64,000 nucleotides of DNA from Myxococcales bacterium. GTDB lineage: Bacteria > Myxococcota_A > Polyangia > Polyangiales > DASUME01. Below the pieces are notes generated by a model. It was not told where the DNA came from and did no database searches. It saw nothing but the letters and a program-made list of their open reading frames with translations. Position numbers and translations under genes: made by a program. Below are positions 59,525 to 64,000 of this stretch, in pieces. The stretch is from the NCBI GenBank assembly GCA_047601445.1, contig JASGJH010000001.1:3456001-3520000 (forward strand). The letters run 5' to 3'. Position 1 is the first letter of the stretch. Each line of letters begins with the position of its first letter.

Positions 59525-60262
59525 CTACTTGCAGGCGCCTTCGCTGGCGATGGAAACGCCCTTGAGTTGAGCCAAACAGCGAGAGTTGTAGGTCTCGCCA
59601 TCGCAGCCGCAAACGGGGTTGTAGTCCTTGCCGCAGAGCTTGGGCTTGTCCGTGCAGACCCCCGTGCCATCGGCGATGCCGCAGCCCTGCCCGCCCGCTG
59701 CCTCTTCGTAGTTGCAGAACTGGCCAGCCTCGCACGAGAGGCCCGCGAAGCCTCCGCACGTCTTGCCCGTATTTCCAGCGGTCCCACACTCGCCCTGCGC
59801 CTTCACCGACTGTCCCGCCGCCTGGGCACTGCAATCACTGGCGTAGGTCTTGCCGTCGCAGCCGCACACGGGCGCGTAGATGGTGGTGCAGATCTGCGGC
59901 TTCTTCGTGCAGGTGCCGCCCTGATCGTTGGCACCGCACTGAGAGCTCGCGGCGTAGGAGCAAAACTCGTCTTTGGCGCAGGTCACGCCCCCACGGGTGC
60001 CACAGCGCATGCCGCTGCCGCCCGCGTCCCCGTTGCTCGACGTGTCGTCGCCATCGCCCGCCGTGCCGTCGTCGCCATCGCCATCCCCGTCGCCGGTGGT
60101 CCCCGCGTCGTGCTTGGCGCTGCCCCGCAGTGCATCGGCCGCCGCATCGGGGTCGAGCGCACCGGAGCTGGACCCACTATCGCAAGCGCCGAGCGGACCG
60201 ACGAGACCGAGAGCCAACAGGAGCGGAGCGAAGCGAGGAGCGAGCGAGACCGAACGAAGCAT
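59525..60262 (-). CDS. Lipoprotein with two Kazal-type protease inhibitor domains
   Basis: Lipobox LGAC; GDGDGD linker; CTTIYAPVCGCDGKTYASDC and CGKDYNPVCGCDGETYNSRC...GAC. Confidence 0.88.
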   Translation of the reverse strand: MLRSVSLAPRFAPLLLALGLVGPLGACDSGSSSGALDPDAAADALRGSAKHDAGTTGDGDGDGDDGTAGDGDDTSSNGDAGGSGMRCGTRGGVTCAKDEFCSYAASSQCGANDQGGTCTKKPQICTTIYAPVCGCDGKTYASDCSAQAAGQSVKAQGECGTAGNTGKTCGGFAGLSCEAGQFCNYEEAAGGQGCGIADGTGVCTDKPKLCGKDYNPVCGCDGETYNSRCLAQLKGVSIASEGACK

Positions 60263-60477
60263 GGGAGGACCTCCGAAAGACGTGGGCAGGATAGGCAGGC
60301 AGCCGAGCCCAGAAAAGACGGTACGCAGCTTCAGACGTGCGAGGCGGCGGTTCGTGCTGCTCGCGTGCCCAGAGCCCGCGTTTGGGTGAGTGGCCCGAAG
60401 CGGCGCTTTCCGTGGCCTCTTTCGAGCAAAGGTCGGCTTCCTTACACAAGGTGGCCTCCGAAGCGCCTGCTCTTGCC

Positions 60478-60530
60478 AATTATACCCGGGAATTATTGAC
60501 GCCACAAAACACCCGGGTAATATCCCGTTC
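60478..60530 (+). promoter_or_regulatory. Putative sigma70 promoter (TTGACG-N16-TAATAT) with two CCCGGG-centred palindromes; probable leaderless start
   Basis: AT-rich island AATTATACCCGGGAATTATTGACG...AAAACACCCGGGTAATAT; -35 at 60496-60501, -10 at 60518-60523, ATG 7 nt after the -10, no SD sequence. Confidence 0.6.
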
Positions 60531-61085
60531 ATGACTGAAGCCGAAGAAACTTTTTCCGCCTTCGTGGGCGAGCGCCTGTTGGCCTCGGGCGAACTCCGCA
60601 AGGTGCTGCTCAAGGCCAAGCAGCGCTTCGACGCGGGCGAGCCGCACGACCTGTTGATCTTCGACGACCAGACCGGCCAGCAAGTGGAGTTCGACCTACG
60701 CGGTCCCGCCGAGCAGATGCTCGAGCGCGAACTGCCTGCGCCGCGCGCCACGGGACCAGGTCGGCCCAAGCTCGGCGTGGTGTCGCGCGAGGTGTCGCTC
60801 TTGCCGCGCCACTGGGACTGGCTCGAGCAGGAGCCCAACGGCATCTCGGCGGCCCTGCGCCGCCTGGTCGAGGAGGCCAGCAAGCGCGACCCGGGGGAGC
60901 AACGCGCCCGCAAGACGCGCGCCGCTGCCAGTCGTTTCATGACTGCCCTGGCCGGCAACCTGCCGAACTACGAGGAGGCCTCGCGCGCGCTGTTCGCAGG
61001 CGATCAGCCGCAGTTCGAGGCCCACATCAAGGGTTGGCCCAAGGACATCCGGAAGAAGCTCGAAGAGCTCACGCGGCAGCGCTAA
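60531..61085 (+). CDS. DUF2239-family protein
   Basis: AF.G.RLLASG, LIFDDQTG..VEFDLRG, GPGRPKLGVVSREVSLLPRHWDWL, SAALRRLVEEA, AGNLPNYEEASRALFA, WPKDI. Confidence 0.88.
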   Translation: MTEAEETFSAFVGERLLASGELRKVLLKAKQRFDAGEPHDLLIFDDQTGQQVEFDLRGPAEQMLERELPAPRATGPGRPKLGVVSREVSLLPRHWDWLEQEPNGISAALRRLVEEASKRDPGEQRARKTRAAASRFMTALAGNLPNYEEASRALFAGDQPQFEAHIKGWPKDIRKKLEELTRQR

Positions 61086-61155
61086 CGTGGGTCGTGCTCC
61101 GCTCTCCGCAGATGGCGCGTCACGAGGACGTGCCAGGCGGGTCCGCACGCAAGGC

Positions 61156-62307
61156 ATGCTCAAGGTCCTCTCCCAGCGCACCCTCAACCGCACCTTCCTC
61201 GAACGCCAGGGCCTGCTGCGTCCACGCAAGTTGCGCGCGCTCGCGGCGCTCGAGCAGCTGGTGGGCCTGCAAGCGCAGGCTCCCTTCGACCCCTACCTCG
61301 CGCTATTCAATCGGCTGATCGGTTTCGATCCGAACGAGCTCGCTCAGCTGCTGCTCGAGCGGCGCGCGGTGCGGCTGTCCTTGATGCGCTCCACCATTCA
61401 TCTGGTAAGCGCGGACGACTGCCTCACGCTCCGGCCCGTGATGCAGAGCGTGAACGAGCGCAATTTTCTGGTAGGGAGCCCATACGGGAAGAAGCTCAAG
61501 GGCATCGACCTGCCGCGCTTGCTGCGGGCGGGACGGGCCTTGCTCGAGCAGCAGCCGCTCACCACCTCCGAGCTCGCCGTGCAGCTCGTCGAAAAGTTCC
61601 CGGAATTCGACGGCGAGTCGATGGCCTACGCGCTGCGCAACTACCTGCCGCTGATCCAGGTCACCCCGCGCGGCGTCTGGGGCAAGAGCGGACGCTCGGC
61701 TTGCACCACGGCCCGCGCCTGGCTCGACCGCGAGCTCGCCGAGGAGAGCGCGCCCGATGCCACCTTGCTGCGCTACCTTCGCGCCTTCGGCCCCGCCAGC
61801 GTGCTCGACGTGCAAACCTGGTCGGGCCTCACACGCCTCGCGCCCGTCCTCGAACGCCTGACGCCCAAGCTCGAGCTCTTTCAGGACGAGCAAGGCCGCA
61901 CGCTCTACGACGTGCCCGGCGTACCGCTCGTCGACGCGGAAACCCCGGCGCCGCCGCGCTTCATGCCGGAGTTCGACAACGCCCTGCTCTCCCACGCCGA
62001 TCGCAGCCGCATCATCCCTCCGGAACCGGGCGGCCAGGGCTTCCTTTACCGTGCGGCCTTCCTGCTCGATGGCTTCGTGGCGGGTAGCTGGAAGCTCGAG
62101 CGAACAAAACGGCAGGCCCGCCTGTTGATCGCGCCGTACCATGCTCCGACCAAGCGCGATCGTGGCGCCTTGCTCAAGGAGGCAGAGCGCGTGCTTACCT
62201 TCTATGCGCCCACCGCAGAGCACGGCATCGAGCTGCAGCTGCCGAGCAAGCCCGTCACCAAGGCGGTCCCCCGAGCCAGGCGGACACGCGCCCCCGTACG
62301 ACGCTAG
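61156..62307 (+). CDS. AlkZ-like (HTH_42) DNA glycosylase family protein
   Basis: LNRTFLERQGLL, LVGLQAQ (QxQ), LMRSTIHLV, RYLRAFGPAS..D..WSGL, LYDVP, RFMPEFDNALL, LLDGFVAGSW. Confidence 0.88.
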   Translation: MLKVLSQRTLNRTFLERQGLLRPRKLRALAALEQLVGLQAQAPFDPYLALFNRLIGFDPNELAQLLLERRAVRLSLMRSTIHLVSADDCLTLRPVMQSVNERNFLVGSPYGKKLKGIDLPRLLRAGRALLEQQPLTTSELAVQLVEKFPEFDGESMAYALRNYLPLIQVTPRGVWGKSGRSACTTARAWLDRELAEESAPDATLLRYLRAFGPASVLDVQTWSGLTRLAPVLERLTPKLELFQDEQGRTLYDVPGVPLVDAETPAPPRFMPEFDNALLSHADRSRIIPPEPGGQGFLYRAAFLLDGFVAGSWKLERTKRQARLLIAPYHAPTKRDRGALLKEAERVLTFYAPTAEHGIELQLPSKPVTKAVPRARRTRAPVRR

Positions 62308-62356
62308 GGGGTGTCCCCAGGGGCCTGACCCAGCCTCCCGTGGTATGGCTCCGGCC

Positions 62357-63214
62357 ATGCCGCTTTCGGATCAAGTCGTGTTGGTGACCGGCTGCTCCTC
62401 GGGCATCGGTCGAGCCCTGGCCCTGGAGCTCCACAAGCGTGGGCAGCGCGTCTTTGCCAGTGCGCGCAACCCCGCTTCGCTCGCGGGCTTGAACTGCGAA
62501 AAGCTGAGCCTGGACGTGACGGACCAAGCCTCGATCCAGTGCGCGGTCGACGAAGTAATCGCCAAGGCGGGGCGCATCGACATGCTGGTGAACAATGCCG
62601 GCTTCAACTTGATCGGCCCGCTCGCCGAAGTTCCCCTCGAGAGCGTCCGCAAGCTGTTCGAAACCAACCTCACGGGCCTGCTCGCGGCCAGCCAGGTCGT
62701 GATTCCCCACATGGCCAAGCAGCGCCACGGACGCATCGTGAACCTGGGTAGCGTGGTGGGCCTGTTGCCGACACCCTTCGCGGGGCCTTACTGCGCCACC
62801 AAGGCCGCCGTCCACATGCTGAGCGACGTGCTGCGCATGGAGTGCGCGCCCTTCGGTATCGACGTCATCGTGGTGCAGCCGGGCGGGGTGCGCTCGAGCA
62901 TCGCGGACACAGCCTCACAGGGGCTCGAGCGCTACGCCCACGAGGGCTCGCTCTACCAACCCGTGCACGGCTACATCCACAAGCGCGCCCAGGCCTCGCA
63001 GGACCGCGCCATGGAGGCCGAGGAGTTCGCCGAGCGCGTGGCCACGGCCATCCTGGCGGATCAGGCGCCACGCAAGGTGCGGGAAGGCCGCGGCGCGCGT
63101 GTGTACCCGGCACTGAGTCGGTTGCCGGGCAAGCTGCGCGATCGTGCGTTGCAGAAGCGCTTTGGTTTGGAAGAGCTCGCGACGGCGTTGGCCCCGACCG
63201 AGCGCGGTAAGTGA
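62357..63214 (+). CDS. Short-chain dehydrogenase/reductase
   Basis: TGCSSGIG, LDVTD, NNAG, catalytic YCATK, VQPG. Confidence 0.93.
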   Translation: MPLSDQVVLVTGCSSGIGRALALELHKRGQRVFASARNPASLAGLNCEKLSLDVTDQASIQCAVDEVIAKAGRIDMLVNNAGFNLIGPLAEVPLESVRKLFETNLTGLLAASQVVIPHMAKQRHGRIVNLGSVVGLLPTPFAGPYCATKAAVHMLSDVLRMECAPFGIDVIVVQPGGVRSSIADTASQGLERYAHEGSLYQPVHGYIHKRAQASQDRAMEAEEFAERVATAILADQAPRKVREGRGARVYPALSRLPGKLRDRALQKRFGLEELATALAPTERGK

Positions 63215-63226
63215 ACGGATAACACG

Positions 63227-64000
63227 ATGGCCGGTGGCAGCCTGATCGCACTCATCGACGACATCGCCAGCATTCTGGACGACGTCGCCCTCCTCACCAA
63301 GGTCGCCACCAAGAAGACGGCGGGCGTGCTCGGTGACGACCTTGCGCTGAACGCGCAGCAGGTGTCCGGCGTGAAAGCCGAGCGCGAGCTGCCCGTTGTG
63401 TGGGCAGTGGCCAAGGGTTCCGCGCGCAACAAGGCCATCCTGGTGCCGGTGGCGCTCGCCATCAGCGCGCTGGCGCCATGGGCCGTGGTTCCGCTCTTGA
63501 TGTTCGGCGGCGCCTATCTGTGCTTCGAGGGCTGCGAGAAACTCGCACACAAGCTCTTGCACCCCGAGGAGGAAGACGCCGAAGACGCCGAGCTCGTCAA
63601 AAAGGTCAACGATCCGAACACGGATCTGGTGGCGCTCGAGAAGGACAAGATCAAGGGTGCCATCCGCACCGACTTCATCCTTTCCGCAGAGATCGTCACC
63701 ATCGCGCTCGGCACCGTGGCCAGCGCGCCGTTCCCCACCCAGGTCAGCGTGCTGGTCGGCATCTCCGCCCTGATGACGGCGGGCGTGTACGGCATCGTGG
63801 CATCCATCGTGAAGCTCGACGACCTGGGTTTCTTTTTGTACTGGCACGGCAAAGAGCGCGGCCGCAGCTTGCTCGGACGCCTCGAGGTGGGCGCGGGTGC
63901 GGCCATCTTGCGCACGGCTCCCTACCTCATGAAGGGACTCTCGATCGCGGGCACCGCGGCCATGTTCATGGTGGGCGGCGGTATTCTGGCTCACGGCATT
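63227..64000 (+). CDS. DUF808 (YedI-like) inner-membrane protein, truncated by the window end; absent from the ORF track
   Basis: ATG 63227 reads [46 protein letters not shown]...[13 protein letters not shown]...[19 protein letters not shown]...[13 protein letters not shown], open to 64000. Confidence 0.9.
   Translation, partial: MAGGSLIALIDDIASILDDVALLTKVATKKTAGVLGDDLALNAQQVSGVKAERELPVVWAVAKGSARNKAILVPVALAISALAPWAVVPLLMFGGAYLCFEGCEKLAHKLLHPEEEDAEDAELVKKVNDPNTDLVALEKDKIKGAIRTDFILSAEIVTIALGTVASAPFPTQVSVLVGISALMTAGVYGIVASIVKLDDLGFFLYWHGKERGRSLLGRLEVGAGAAILRTAPYLMKGLSIAGTAAMFMVGGGILAHGI

Noticed and set aside
1..64000. Prophage, defence island or secondary-metabolite cluster
   Set aside because: No integrase, phage structural, restriction, toxin-antitoxin, PKS or NRPS genes were recognised.

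Overview
GC-rich, gene-dense chromosomal segment. Its gene content (many Asp-Ala-Gly-rich lipoproteins, a TonB-domain-fused receptor, a Hanks-type Ser/Thr kinase, a Kazal-domain lipoprotein, hybrid PAS kinases) points to Myxococcota, probably Polyangiales; this is inferred, not searched. About 45 CDS were found, with no recognisable rRNA, tRNA, CRISPR array, integrase or transposase. Four genes are each split by a net +1 frameshift, most simply explained as sequencing or consensus errors. Most notable: (1) three related hexamer-periodic inverted-repeat elements in intergenic spacers (about 11.8, 28.8 and 30.0 kb); (2) a candidate amino/glyco-lipid pathway (Mpo1-like protein, long class-III aminotransferase, Psd, GT4, VTT/DedA); (3) a candidate trans-envelope signalling operon (OM barrel, FecR-type protein, Ser/Thr kinase with TonB-C-like tail, CBM9-like lipoprotein) whose first gene has a paralogue 16 kb upstream; (4) a DUF2239 gene with a probable leaderless promoter overlapped by two CCCGGG palindromes, followed by an AlkZ-like glycosylase; (5) a Notum/pectin-acetylesterase-family lipoprotein paired with a FadL-like channel. 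All family assignments come from motif recognition by eye, and start codons were re-chosen where the ORF track over-extends.
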